From the NCBI GenBank assembly GCA_003427395.1, contig BFEA01000007.1, positions 3,563,210 to 3,627,209 of the forward strand: a stretch of DNA of 64,000 nt, written 5' to 3'. Of this stretch, positions 37,332 to 51,437 are shown in pieces (the stretch's first letter is position 1; the number at the start of each line of letters is the position of its first letter). The notes beneath the pieces were generated by a model. That model saw nothing but the letters and a program-made list of their open reading frames with translations. It did no database searches and was not told where the DNA came from. The translations under genes were made by a program, and so were the position numbers. This DNA is from Chara braunii. Taxonomy: Eukaryota > Plantae > Charophyceae.

Positions 37332-38397
37332 TAAATTTCGGCAGGACTTCGCCTCCCCCTGTGGGGATGCGGTTCGGGAGGTCGTCCCTATAATATCGTC
37401 GCCTGCCTAAGTCCTTTCTAGATCCTAAAATGCCCCAGATAAAGAGGGTGTCGATCCCCAGTCTCGGATTGGCTTATAGGCCTTATACTTGATTTCCCTC
37501 GAATATAAGGTGCGGGCTCAACTTGAGGGAGTTCTGTTTACTGCACCCTCGAGTAGGTATCCGAGCAACGGACCCCGCCCCCTAGTCAAAACCCAAAAAT
37601 AAGAACCGCCCGCTCAGCGCATAGAGGAATGTGATGGAAACCCTAACGAGTCACGAGGTATGCACATGTTTTTTTTTATCCTTCGCTTTTGATTTATTCC
37701 TAATTTTTATCAAATAATTACAAAAAAATAGCTTTAATTATTGGAAATTTCCGTCACTTGCCCCAAGCCTTCGGGAATGGACCAATAGGTTCACCCGAAC
37801 CCAGGTTACTGCTGCTGCCCTTTCCCTTTTTCTCTTAGGGAATTTTCTCGTATTTTCTGAATATACATTAAGAAAAAAAAAATAGTTTGGATATTTTTTT
37901 TTTCTTAATTTATATGTAGTAAGGATCAATATATATAAAATCCCGCCGAATTGAAGAACTTTTAGGGATAGGAGTAAAATTTTGAGAATTTAGTAAAATT
38001 TCGACAGCATTTCGCCTCCCCCCGTTGGGATGGGGTTTGGGCGAAGCCCTTAAACAGCGCTGTCGAAGGGAGAAAAACAAGTAGAATAATGAAAAAATGA
38101 AAAAACGATTTTTTACTCGATTTTTAATATTTTGTTAATTAACTAGGAAAAATTCAAAGAAAAAAAAGAATTTCGAAAAACTCTGAAAATGTTTCGGCAA
38201 CAATTCCCCTCCCCCCGTTGGGATGGGGTTCGGGGAAGAAGTCCCTCGAATTATCAAAATGAGTAGGAATGGTAAAAGAGCAAATTTAGATATTTATTTT
38301 TAATTTTTATTAATTTGTATTAATTTAAATAACAAAATTCAGATTAAAAAAAAAAATTCAGTAGCAATTTCCCTCCCCCCCGTTGGGATGGGGTTCA
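37332..38397. repeat. Four dispersed copies of a ~45-bp motif in an AT-rich retroelement leader
   Basis: AAATTTCGGCAGCATTTCGCCTCCCCCGTTGGGATGGGGTTC-like at ~37332, 37996, 38192 and 38352. Confidence 0.8.
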
Positions 38398-39321
38398 AGA
38401 GGTTATCCATCGCTTAGGAAAAAGAAAAATAAATGCAGTCAAAACCCTACGTACTTGAATTTATATTGATTTTTAGTATTTATTTTAATTTTTACTTATT
38501 TAATATAACAAAAATTCTCGAATTTAAAAATTTATATCTTTACCGGATATATTCACACAAAAATTTTCCGCAACAATTTGGAAAGTTGAAGTTATAGATT
38601 AACACCATTAGCCCGATCCTCTCTAGATTTGTATTAGGGTTTTACCCTAATTAGGGTTTTTCCTGATTAGGGTTTTGGGTTTTGCGGGCGACCGCACGTG
38701 GACCGCAAACCCCATATCGGCGTAAGAAAGTTTTGGCTAGATTCTACTAGGTTTAGAGTAAATTCTTATCGGATTACATTTTTTTTCCCCCTTTAAATTT
38801 AAATAAAATTGCAAAGAAAATCAATCTTTTTTTTCTTTTTTTTCTTTTTTTTCTTTTATTTTTCCTATCTATCGGAGCTTTCCGTTTCTACAAACGGTGT
38901 CCGTTTCCCCAGACCAAAGTCTCAAAATGTCGGGAAAAACAAACCGGGCAACTTTGCTCCAAGCGGTTGTCACCAGTGTCAGCTCCAATTTCCCACAATT
39001 AATAAAAAAAAGAAAACGAAGAATCTCGAAATATTAATTAAAAAAATATGGAAAATTGAATATCCAAGTTTCTAGCCGTTAGAATTTTTCAGAAGAGGTC
39101 TCAAAATGTTCGCCTCGTCGAGAGGACGAACTTTGACCCTTGGGTGACTCGCCCAAAAACGTGCCGATCAGGAGATATCTTAAAAAAAATAAATTTCAAA
39201 ATCACAAAAAAAACAAGAAAAATCAATTGATCAACCTTTTCAAAGTCAATTAGTGTCTGGCTGATTAGCCAGCGCACCCCCATTGATTGGGGAAAGTCGT
39301 GGCCTTGGGGGTGCAATCCCC

Positions 39322-39339
39322 TCCCCGACAACGGCGCCA
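39322..39339 (-). promoter_or_regulatory. Primer-binding site, tRNA-Asp (Athila-type); the LTR begins at ~39344 and its far end is not resolved
   Basis: Minus strand TGGCGCCGTTGTCGGGGA, 4 nt after ...TCTCACA; differs at 1 of 18 positions from the canonical plant TGGCGCCGTTGCCGGGGA. Confidence 0.75.
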
Positions 39340-42300
39340 AGGTTGTGAGAAAACCCGGGGAGGGGTCACCTGTTGTCCGCTGAAGCCAAGGGCAACTGCA
39401 TCTGTCACTCGCTTTGCCCGCTTCGAAGGTCCTCGACGAGCAGCAGGGTTGATAATGTTAACTTTCCTCGTCACGCTTCGCTTACATAGAAGGTCTTGAC
39501 ACAATCACATGAGCGCAAGAACACATTAAATTTTCTTAGCAAAATAAAATATATCCTCTTGTCAAATTGATCCGAAATTCTGGTTAGTACCATTGACTGA
39601 TACTTTTCTTCCTTACTTCCTTTGATCCCTTCAGTCTGATCTGAGCTGCTTCGTCGCCCTGTTGTAGAGCAACGCCTCACTGAGTGCACGGGGATATATA
39701 ATAATAATAATAAATAAAAAAAGCCAGATTTATCCACGGTACATTATTACCAATTCAATCAACAGGCCGCTTCAAGAACATATATCCACTGGTAGATTAA
39801 AGAGCTTAAATCCCTCTCATTTCGTCAAGTCATTCATAACCCTCAGTTTCAATGCAGTCCGTGTTTTGTATGCCTACCCTCTTTTCCTGATTCAGACGGT
39901 TTAAACAAGACGAGGAAAAGAGATCTTTCAAAAACCTTGATTGTTGGAGTCTCGAGAGTCGGAACATGAGTTCGATTCTTAGGTGACCTTGCGAACATAA
40001 GTACAGTTTCAATACCACCTAAACGAGCGTGGCATTCCACAGGCGTGACCCCTTGTAGCTTAGCAAGCCCCTCGACGACCCGCATACAAGCTCATCAAGC
40101 AGTGAACGCCAAACTTGTTTCTTAATATTATGTTCAGCCGAAGGTGATACCGCTCAGAACCTCAATTTAAGGAGGCCTGTTAAGAGTATTTCCCGATACA
40201 GCTAGCAACCCTGGTCTCTAGTAACCACCCATAAGCACACGGTAAGGCAATCCAAAAACTCAGTTCCAATTATTTGCACAGGAGAGATGTACGAATCACT
40301 TATCGGGCTCGGCTCGAGATACTCGATCGAGTGTAAACAAAAAGTCAATCCTTCTATCTGTTCTCTGTTAGGAAGTACCTGGTCGAATTTATGCACTCGA
40401 TTCTAGCGAGGGTCGGATGCGGACTCTTCTTTCCCCCCCCTTACTCGCTCAATCATATACTCTCTCACTCTCTGATCTTATCAAAGTTCAATTTATGCAG
40501 AGCCAGGGGATGTGGTCATAAGCAAAAGGTTTCGCTATGTGACCTTCTCTTGTGCCTCTGCCTCGATCTTGTTCTCTCTCTCCTCCTCGTTGTCCCCTGA
40601 CCCCAGTTCGCCTCCACTGTTTCCCGCTTCGCATTTCCCCTTTTCCCTCGCGTTTTCACTGTTTCTTTTAACTTTGGTTTCCCTTCCCACTTCGTCATAA
40701 ACTCGCTCAGTTCGCACAGATGCCCCCTGCACAACTAGCGTCCTTCCTTCCTAGCAACAAGCCCCCATTGTTTATTCGCTTGGGCTCCCTGTGATGGCAG
40801 GTACTCCTCCTCTCATAGTCCCTCCCCCTTCCTCTCTTTCTCTCTCTCTCTCTCATGTATGCGTAGGTCGGTCAACCCTCCCCAACTCTTTGCACCAGAA
40901 CAATACACCCATTGAGATCAGCGCGAACAAAATCGCGAGCGTCGACGAAACGAGTCCCACTCTTACTCTAACCTCCCTTCGTTTCTCGTTTGAGTTTGCG
41001 GACCAACAGTAGTTTTCGAGTAAACGTACCTGGACGCACAGGCATCAGTTACTTGGCTTAGGAACCAAAGTCATGGCTGAATCCGTCACAAGCTAGTCTG
41101 ACCGGTTCAACAGGTATCGCCATCTCTGAATTTTATTCAGTTCATTCCCCTCCTCGCCTTCATCCCATCGTTGGCACGCAACTCTTTGCTAACGGCAGCG
41201 TACACGGGCAGGCACTCATGCGTTCCCCAAGCAGTATGCCACCAGTTCTAGCAGTTAACGTCTGAGCACGAGAGGACCGGTTCCCGGAGCTCCTGCTAGT
41301 CTTCCCGAGAACAGATAGCACCTGGATCGTTGAGTACACATCTTCGTGTTCGCACAGTTAGTTAGCCACTCTCTGTCCACTAACTGTTCGCTCCTGCAAT
41401 GAGAAGCATCCAAGACTAAACGGAGGCACAAGCGTCGACTGTCACTTCTCTCGTTACCCCTCGCCTTCGCCGCTCTTCGCCTCTCCCTTATCGCGAGCAA
41501 GTATACCAACGCGCCTCAGGAGTTGAGTATACCAGGCGCTTGGCTAATCTCCACACCCTTCTCCCTGCCTGCCGCTGACACCGTCTCATCCATTCGGTCG
41601 TTGTTGAGAGGGCGTCTGCATTGCGTACACCATGCATGCAAAATGCCTTCTCCTACTATTACGACGAATCTCGCCCAGAACAGCTCACCAGCGTCCGCCC
41701 GTTCATCGGGCGCCTTCCCGCTCCTCTCTGAGTCTCCTCCTCCAATGCCTCCTCTCTCTCCACCGAGCTTGTCCAAGAGCGAGCTATAGTTCCCTGACTC
41801 GCTGTAATCACCTCCCCACTGTGTCTCTACCTTCAATGCTTGTGCTCCATCCGGGTGGTGTTCCGACTGGGCAGCACGCGAGCGGCCGTGAGCTGAGTAC
41901 GCCGTGCGCCCAGAAGGCTCGTTCCCCCCTCTCCGATAGTCTTCGAGTCACCCCTCTCGCTGTGAACGGGCACTCACCCGGCAAACTCCGGTGGACTGGG
42001 TACACCTCGCCCGATGAATGAACAATCCCTCTCCCCATCTGTTCCCGTTTTCTCCGTTGGTTTGGCTATTTGTGTTCTGAAGCGTCGACCGTGCTCTCTC
42101 CTGAACGGAAGGTACCTGCAAAGCCAGACCCACAAGCCCAGAACAACGGTGTGATCGGCGCGGTGGAGCCCGAGCAAAACTCAGCGGAACCAACCACAGG
42201 GCCTGCAGTGGCACCGAACCAGTTCCAGTACTAGGAGCTCGGGCCATAGACCCTCCGTTCCTACCCGTGACTCAGCACAGTTGAGTTAAGAGTCATACCA

Positions 42301-44831
42301 TTAGACCGCCGTATCCAGATAAATTGTATCGCGCCTGCAGCCGAACCTGTAAACAGTACCATAGATCATGGAGCAAAATCGTACCAATCAGCACAAGCGT
42401 CGTGCCTGCGTCATCCAGTTGTCACACCGGTCCCCAGACCACACATCGAGCTAGTTGTCGTATGGGGAAAAAAACAGGGTGCAATGTTCTGTCCCAATAT
42501 CAGACGAGTGTTGTTCCAATCCCGAGCCTGAGATCATTCCAAAACAATAGAGTAGTGTGGCAACAAACCGACACTAAGTAAGCCTTGCGACAAAGTAGTG
42601 TACTGCAGTAGCCCCGAATTGAACCGGAGCCCCACATCAAGAATTACCAACGTCGAGCCGTCGAGTACCGTGCCTGCTCCAAACTGGTAACCCCATGTCA
42701 CTGTACCAATTGTTGCACCCATCATCCCAAACATCGAACCGCAGTAGCCTGCACCAGTGTTATCCCAGTAACCGTACCGTCCCTGTACCGAACCAGCGCA
42801 CCGTGTCATGTCCAAACCCGTGAACCGTGTTTGTTCCAACCCAAAGTTCCGGTCTGTTCCGATCCAGCCGCTGTACCACTTGTGCAAAGTACCGTACCGT
42901 GTTGCAATGTCAATACCAAACAAATAACTGTGTTGTATCACCCCCCCTCCGTGCTAATGTACAACGCTCATCCCGAACCAGCGTCTATTTCAATACAGTA
43001 GTGTCGCGCAGCCCGTCTCTTAGTAGCGTCGGTAGCAGCACCGAACCAACCGTGTCGTCATATACCAAAATCGGTCCGGTGCACTCCACAACATCCGGGC
43101 CATAATCGAGGATAGCAATCAGACCAATCAGAGGAAACCAAGCGTAGGTTCGTAATTATCGGGACTCACACGGATCAATAGGCCCGGGGTAAAACAAATA
43201 ATTCCTTGCAAAAATCAATCAAAAATAAATTATGGCAAAAATTGATCGACTAATAATTCTTCATTTGTTTTCTCTTCCTTTTGTTATTTCTAATTCTTTC
43301 GTGCATTATTAAATCTGTCATCTGAATAAATAAAAATTGAGGACAGTCCTATTAGGGATAAATTATGAGAGAATTTAATTAAATAGCAAATATCCCTTCA
43401 TTTTTTTCTTTTTTTGAATTTTAATTTTTTTTCTTAGTTTTAATTTGGTTATTAAAATTGGGGAAAATCGAGAGCTCAGTTACTCGTCAGTTGGCCAGTG
43501 TAAAAGAAGCGCGCCGAGGCCTAGCACCGTATCTCCGCTCCGCGGCCGACCGCTTCGGGAACAGCCTCGGAACGAACAAAAATAATAGGTCATAGGCACG
43601 ACAGGCGCGGTCGTTCCTCTTGTTGATTTCAAGGGTCAGTTTTAATAGTCAATGGGGGAAACTTTAGGGATCTTTTTCCAACCCCTAATTTTTCCCGATG
43701 ACTCTGATGAAAGTCCTGGTCGATTCCCCTCTAGGCACTTAATCCAAGGCCCAATCTGTTGTATTTCGGGTGGCCGATTGGTCTGCGGCCGCCCGACAAC
43801 GTTGCAAAGGCCGAAAACACTAGATAATAGGTGGGCGGTCTCCTTTCCCTTCCCTCTACGTCCTCCTCCAACTCCTTTTGGAAATGTACGTCGTTATGTT
43901 TTTTTTTTGTTTTTTTTTTTCTCTCTTTCATTTCTAATGAATCCAAGTTGCTTTTCAGATTCCCTACCCGCACAACGTACGTGCACATGACTACTGTTTG
44001 CACCTTATGTGACAGTACGTCGTCATCCACCTCCGTTGTGTTCCGATCTTCTCGTCCCTCGTCCTCCTCATGCTCCTAGTGCTTCTTACCTTCCCGTCGT
44101 ACCTCCCCAACTGCTCATTCTGCCTTGCCCTCCTTTTTCCTTCTCCTCGTCTGTCGTGCTCGCCCTCATAGTCCTTCCGTGTGCTTTTCTCTCCACTGCT
44201 CGTCTTATTTCCCCTTTGGTTTCCTCTTCCTCCTCCTCCTCCTCCTTACCCCTCCTCCCCTACCTATCGCCTGTCCTTCCTCCTCCTAAAGATTGCCTGT
44301 TTTCCTCAAATACAACCGAGGTTTTCTAAAGTGTACTTTCCTTTTGTTTTTTTTTTCACGTATTTTTTTTTCCCGATATTTTAGTCCGGGTTTTAACTAA
44401 TCTAGCCATAAGTTGTTAGGGATTTGCCAAAAGAATGTGTAGAATAGTAATTAGTATGTTCGACAGTTATCGAGCACTTGTGATAGGACGACTCGTAACT
44501 GACGCGCTGATTGATTTATTGATTTTTACAGTTTTTTTTTCTTTTTCGATTTATGCGTCTCATCCTTGCGCAGCAGCCTGATTCCGAGAAAAAAAAAAAA
44601 AAAAAAAAAAGAACGACGAGTGGCTCCTTTCATTATAGGGGCAGTTCGCTATAGTGGGCCGCCAATTTGTGTCGTAGCTGTGTCGTGGCTCCTTTCGTTG
44701 TTGGGGCAGTTCGCTATACTGGAGGAGGCACCACTACTATCGATATGTGCAAAACGAGATGGAATCTTCCACTAGAGCATGTAATAAAGATGCACTATCA
44801 TTCAGAGATCATAACCTAACCGCCCATTAAA

Positions 44832-44835
<4 letters not shown>

Positions 44836-44908
<73 letters not shown>

Positions 44909-45215
44909 CCATCGATTGCAATTGCCCAGGGAACAGGTAAGTCTCCAACCCTCGTTTCTGGCCTCACGCTACTCTATCGCTAGGATGACCAAATCGAATG
45001 AATCTTCCGCCAAAATATGGAAATATACACACCTTTTTTTTTTTCCATATTCGCTATACACTAAAAAAAAGCATGACTATACCAGACTGTTTCGTCAGAC
45101 TTTCACCGACTCATCAGGAGGTTGAACCCCGACAGTCTGCGCATGATGCATTTGACTGATGGAGAGNNNNNNNNNNNNNNNNNNNNNNNNNNNNNNNNNN
45201 NNNNNNNNNNNNNNN

Positions 45216-45288
<73 letters not shown>

Positions 45289-45411
45289 CTATCGACTGCA
45301 ACTGCCTGGGGAACAGTTAAGTCTCCAACCCTCGCTTCTGGCCTCACATTACTCTATCACTAGGATGAGCAAAATCGAATGCATCTTCCACTAGAATATG
45401 GAAATATACAC
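44836..45411 (+). repeat. Two copies of a (GA)n-associated ~125-bp dispersed repeat, either side of an N gap
   Basis: ATCGATTGCAA...AACAGGTAAGTCTCCAACCCTCG...GGATGAGCAAAATCGAATG...ATATGGAAATATACAC at ~44905 and ~45286; related to 63870-63998 on the minus strand. Confidence 0.75.
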
Positions 45412-47443
45412 CGTTTTTTTTTTTCTGTGTGTGTGTAAACATGGCGGGAGGTGGAGAAAAAGGTGGCGAAAGAGATGGGTTATGGCGTGGGGATAGGGGA
45501 CCACTGGTGAGAGGGAGGGGACCGAGGGAGCGGAGTGGGTAATCGTGAGTCAACTTACTCCGTGACCAGCGGGTCGCGCATGAGATGGTGGAGCGAATCC
45601 TCTTAAAGGGAGAGACGTCGTTCGGGTCCAGGGTGTCCGACGGGAGGAAGCGGATGAGGAGGGTGGTTAGGAGAACCCTAAACCTTAGAAAAACCCTAAG
45701 AAAATCCTAACCAGGATTTTGATGGTTAACGTAGGGTAACGGGAACTTAATCAAGAAAAAAAAGATAGTAACCATGGAGGGGAGGGGGAGAGAAAATAAA
45801 ATAAATAGTGAAATTTCGGGATAAAAATAAAAATAAATAAATAATAAAAATAAATAAATAAAGAAAGAAGCAAAAGGTGAGAAGAGAAAAAATATTTATT
45901 TTTTTGAAAATTTTGGCAACATTTTCTTACCCCAATGGGGTCACAAAGGTGCAAAGAGGAAGGAGAGGCTAAGAGAAGCACACTAAGTTTTATAATGCCG
46001 CAAATTATAATTTTCAGAAAAATAAATAAATAAATAAATAAATGAGGAGGTGAGGAAAAACTAAGTGTTGGAGTTTTTCAAAAATTTCGGCAGCATTTCG
46101 CTACCCCCATGGGGTCGAAGTGTGCCGCCAAGAAGAAAGGCTAAGGAAAATGAGAAGATTTTGTCAGCACTTCGCTACCCCCAAGGGGTCAAAATGTGTT
46201 GAAAAAGACTAAGTATGAAAAAAAAAAAAAAAAAAAACAGAAAATTTCGAAAGCACTGCGTTGCCGCAAAGAAATTCGAATTTTCATTATAAAAAAAAAA
46301 AAAAAAAATTAAATGAAAGAAAAAGACAAAAAAAAAAAAAAAAAAAAAATTCGAAGTTAGGGGGGGGGGGGGATGAAAGAGTGATGAAGAAAGAGAGAAA
46401 TAGGTGAGAGAGAGAGAAAGAGTGAAATGGGAGATAGGGGAGATGATGGGGTTGTAGTTGGGGGGAAAGAGGGAGAGGAGGGTGGTAGAATGAGAGAGAG
46501 GGATATGGAAAAGGTGGAGAGGAGTAGATGAGATTACTAGAAGATGATGAGTGGGGAGGAGAGGAGAGAAAAAAGGTTGTGGAAGATGAGTGAAGAGGGA
46601 GGTAGGAGGAGGGACTAGTGGTAGGGTTAGAAAGGATGATAAGATGACAGGGGGGAGAGAAAAGGGGTTGGGGGAGAGTAGGTTAGTGGGTAGGATGGTG
46701 ATATCAAGCTCTTGGGTGGCCAAGAGTGGAGCACTACCAAGATCCACAAGATCTTGGCCTTCAAGAGATTGTTAGTCTGATGTTACTGCAAAAAAAAAAA
46801 ATCTGGGGTGGGTTGAGATCTTGATCAGCCACCCAGATGTCACTGTAGTGCAGCCCCCTAGCCAGGGGGATCTTCAAGATCCACAGCAAGCTGCCACGTC
46901 GCACTCCAGATAGGCACCAGATATTAACCACGTGCGCATGCAGCAGCACCCACGACCACCCCGGGGGGAGGCGGCAAATAGTTGTCTTGCCGCACGCTAC
47001 TTGTCGCTTGTCGACAGAAAGGGGGGTTGGGGTAAATAGTTCTCGTGGCACTTCTTCAACACCAGCGAGCCATAATATCAACTCACATTGTGGCTTTGGC
47101 CAGTGTGTTAAGGCATTGGCCACGCACGTGCATGAGTGGCAGCTACCTAGGCTCAAACCCTGGCAGCAACAACATCCCGGATCTTAGTAATGATACATAA
47201 TCCGGGAGCGGGGCGGGGCGTGTCAGTGTGGGCGTGTGTGCGACAGCCTTGGCCTTGGCGCTTGCACGCACGAGTAGTGGCGGCAGTCTCTTTCTTCGTC
47301 ACGTGTCAGCCGCTCCACGCTGCTGCTTTTTTTCGTTGTTTTTTCGCCCTCTCCGCCCTGAAAAACCCTGAAAATCCCGCTATTGGGATTACAACAATTT
47401 CCCTTTGTTACGGGAGAGAGGGCGGGTTGGAGCGGGGACCGTT

Positions 47444-47458
47444 CCCGCTCTGATACCA
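47444..47458 (-). promoter_or_regulatory. Primer-binding site, tRNA-iMet (family B element)
   Basis: Minus strand TGGTATCAGAGCGGG, 1 nt after the LTR end ...GTCACA. Confidence 0.85.
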
Positions 47459-47459
47459 G

Positions 47460-48380
47460 TGTGACGGACCCGCCGGGATGGCGGTCTGTCAGGATCAACA
47501 CGGTGGGTGGAGGAAGGAGGAGATGAAGATGGATATGGAAGGGACAACACAGTTTCGGCGCAGACTCAACACCCACGTACTCCAAAATGTGCAAACACAG
47601 AATGAACTAGAATACAAACTGCAGTTGGGGTATACCCCTAGCAAACTGATTGGACTGGACTGGACTGGCCTCGTACCGACAGTGGTATTGGGCAGGGCTG
47701 GACCGGACTGAAACAGTACACTACTTGTGGGTTCATGCCACGGCCTGGTCCCACAGGCCGAACTGGCAAATAGCCGAATAGGCCCTGGCTGTAGGCCAGG
47801 GCAGATGGAGGCCCGCTGCAGCGAAACTGCATTGATACTACATCAACCGAGGACCAAAGTACTGCATCCGAATGCCGGTGAGAGCATACTCTCTCCTCCA
47901 CTGGCATACGAATCCAGAGTCCTTCCTTCTACTTGGTGCTCTGTGCCCAGACTATCATCACATATCTAGTATCATCCTACGAATCGATAATGCAATTGTT
48001 GAAGTCAACATCAGAATCAAAGTATATGATGAAGCCGATCCCGTAGACCATTGCCAAGACTAGGTACATGTTGATCCGTGTGACCTTGAACCGTAGGTCT
48101 ATAGATCAGAGGTCTTAGTAGTGGTAGGAGTCGTAGCTTCTACAGTGTAGAAAGGTCAAGTACACAGTCATCTGGAAGATCCGGAACTAGCCCTTCGTGA
48201 GTTCTAGGATGCAGTCTGTAGGCAAGTGGCAGTCCTACCGAGTCCAATCAGCGGTACCGAGTCCCAGTCACACTTTGTCAAGTCAACAAGTACCATGTGG
48301 GACTGTGCGCACCCCGTGCCCGACATTCAAGGGTAGACTTTTGGCGATCTGAAGTATAAATCAAGAGGCAGCGTTCAGAC
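47460..48380 (-). mobile_element. 5' LTR of a family B LTR retrotransposon (far boundary approximate)
   Basis: Begins TGTGACGGACCCGCCGGGATGG next to the PBS; an inverted homolog lies at ~61980-62468. Confidence 0.65.
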
Positions 48381-48805
48381 ATTCATCATTTTGCATTTGA
48401 GTCATGTGAAAGCGCTGCCTGTGTGTTTTGTGCTACGGAGGTTTGCAGGTGCCCGAAGAGGAAATGGGCTAAGACGAAGAAGATGCAGCCATAGCCACCT
48501 ATTTTAGTGATAGGCAGTAGACAGCAACCATAACCATCAGTTGGCTTAGTTATAGTGTGTGTGTACGTATGAGTGTGTTGTGCTTGTGTGTGAGGGATAT
48601 CCAGGGAGATCTGGGGTGTGGGTGCGAACAAGTTGTTGGGAGTACAATGATTGGTCATAGGACTCATAGCTGATCAAGACATGTTTGAATCTGATCTGTG
48701 TTTCTTGGCTTCATTATCTTTGAGCTGTGTGTGGGTGCAAGTTGCCAGCTTATTCTTCATCTGTTTGCATGCATGCTGGATGTTGAAGTAGATAAGTCTG
48801 ATTAC

Positions 48806-48860
<55 letters not shown>

Positions 48861-49854
48861 TTTAAAAATAATAATATAATAACAAGAATGATAATAACGA
48901 CAAACATAAGGAAAATTAACATATACAAGTTATCTTTCCGGTTCGATATAATCAAAATGAGTATGCACTGTATTCGGGGTCGACGACCAGTATCTTCCCC
49001 CTGTTTTGTTTTGTTTTTTTAGATTCCCGAACCGGTTTCACACGGGCACACACGCACACTTGCACACGCTTGCTTGCTTCATCACACACACTGCCTCGAC
49101 TAACCTGCGTGTGTCACTTGTGCATGCATGCACCTTTCTCACGAGTTTGCCTCACTGCGCTCACCTTTGTCACAACGCCTCCCCTCTTCTCACGCAGGTC
49201 TTTCTGTGTCGTAAGCTTCCTATCAGCCTCGCGCTTTCCAAGCAAGCACGCCTTACTGCTACTGTCGTCTCGTCATTTGCGCACTCTTTTCTGCACATGC
49301 GCCTGCTTCTCATGTGCGTGCGCCAAACAATCTACTGCGTGCTTATCTTCTTTACGTGTTGCTTACCTCCTCCCATAGCTTTGTTCTCCCCCATGGGGCC
49401 TACCTTCCAGCACGCGCCTTCCTTCTCGTTGCACACTTCTCCTTTGCCCGACTGCTCTCCGTTCCTGCTGCGCATATTTGTCATCGCACGGACTTAGCTC
49501 CAGCATGCCCACTTCGGTCGTGCACGTGTGCTTTTTCCTCATCGACACACTGGTTCCATCCACATGCACGCCACTCTCGTGAAGATAACGAGAGTTCGTC
49601 TCCGATACTATTTAAACGATCTGTATTACAGATCGACCAAGATCCATGATGCAACCGCAAAATCTACATGATGTAAACACACAGAGAACATAACTACAAC
49701 TTGAAACGATTTACACTGGTTTCTTAAGATTGTGGCTATGAAAGCCAGCACAATAACAAAAGTTAAAATTTTCTCTCTCTTCTTTCGCCCTCCCTACCAC
49801 TACTACTAACTACTTCGCCCAGATTTTGTGATCGCTCTCTGAATGTACTCGTTG

Positions 49855-49933
<79 letters not shown>

Positions 49934-49935
<2 letters not shown>

Positions 49936-49971
49936 GTCTCTTATACACATCTAGATGTGTATAAGAGACAG
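49934..49971. other. Nextera mate-pair junction adapter (assembly artefact)
   Basis: Exact CTGTCTCTTATACACATCT + AGATGTGTATAAGAGACAG (two inverted Tn5 mosaic ends) inside a (CA)n tract. Confidence 0.98.
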
Positions 49972-51437
49972 CACACACACCCACACACACACACGCGCGG
50001 GCGAGTGTGGCAATGTATATTTTCATGTTCTAGCGGTAGATCCATACGATTATGATCATCCTACCAGTGGAAGTACAGGGAAGCGAGCCGCAAAATTAGA
50101 GACTTCCCTGTTTCTTTTTCCCACTCTCTCGCAAATGATTCGTCACATTGCGCAGCGTACCAGCGCATATTCCAACGATTCGGGAATGCAACGAGCGCAA
50201 CCTCACGGCATCGTCGGAGGTTGCATCACACCTCCCGCAAGTCTCCACCCTCGCATATGGTAAGTAGCGGACTCAGGCCTGCTTCGTATCCCTCTTCCCT
50301 CCTCTCATTTCCCCCTTCTTCTTCTTCTTCCTCGTCTTCCTCGTCTCCTTCTTTTTCTCTTCCTTCTTCCTTATTGATCTTCTTTTCCTTCTTTGTGCGC
50401 CTTTATGAGTGCGGTTATGAAAACAACACCACGGCAAAGTTGCAACCGCTCTGCCCGAAACTTTTGACAAGAGCGAGGGTGAGAGCAACGATCCACAAGT
50501 CGGCACCACCTCATAGGAAAGCCTCGACAGTCGCTGCATAGTATTCTGGCGACCACCGAAAAATGACTCGCTCGTCCCTCGCAGACTGAAACTCACCCAA
50601 AACATGCACAAAGAGTCTCTTATAACTCAAGTATAAGGTCCCACGACCCACGCCTGGAACGTCGCCATCATCGATTGGAAGAGGGAAGGTAAGTCGCCTC
50701 TTCCCTTTTTTTCTTTTTCTTCTTCTTCTTCTTCTTCTTCTTCTTCTTCTTCTTCTTCTCTTCCTGGCAAGTGTCCTTCTTCTTTTTGGGGCCTCGTTAG
50801 ACACTCCTTGTGGACCCGAAATCCACCAGGAAATTATCGTTCCACCTGTCCTTGGGGACGATTCTCGAAAAAAAAAGTGAAAACACCAGAAGGAGATTTC
50901 CTTGTGGCGTCCTTGTGGCCACGACCATTTTTTCCTAACCCCCAAGGGACCTCCCGAGGTCCCTCAGAGCACAAGGAAGCGCGAAATTTGGAGCGACGAA
51001 GGCATGCGTCGATGCACAATTTCGGTTCGAGGGTGGTCCAGGCGTGGTCCAACGAATGGGAGCACGGACATCCCTGCGTCCGAAATCTGCACGGCGCCCC
51101 AATGACTCCAAACGGTAACCGGAGGCGTGAGGCCTCCGTCCGTCGACGTGAATTGCCGGCTAGCGTCCTGCGGTCTGCTGCGGCGGGCGATCGTCGACAA
51201 CGGTCCGGAATTCGAATACTTTTCCCACACGGCGCCCCTTTCGACGACGACAGTCTCATTCGACAAGATCGTCGTTTTCTTCAATTGTCGTCACGCGTCG
51301 CACGTTGGAGCACAGATCTTCCACCGATCTATCTCGTCGTCGTGCTGCTTCTCGTCGTTGTCTTCTTCCACTTGTGTTTCGTCAGCCTCATCCCGCTCGC
51401 GGCTCGCAGAAGGAGATCTTCGAAGAAAGCCGACAAG

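Noticed and set aside
43703-43820. CTGATGA...GGCCGAAAAC as a Penelope-type hammerhead
   Set aside because: Stem II does not close properly and no cleavage-site helix was found.
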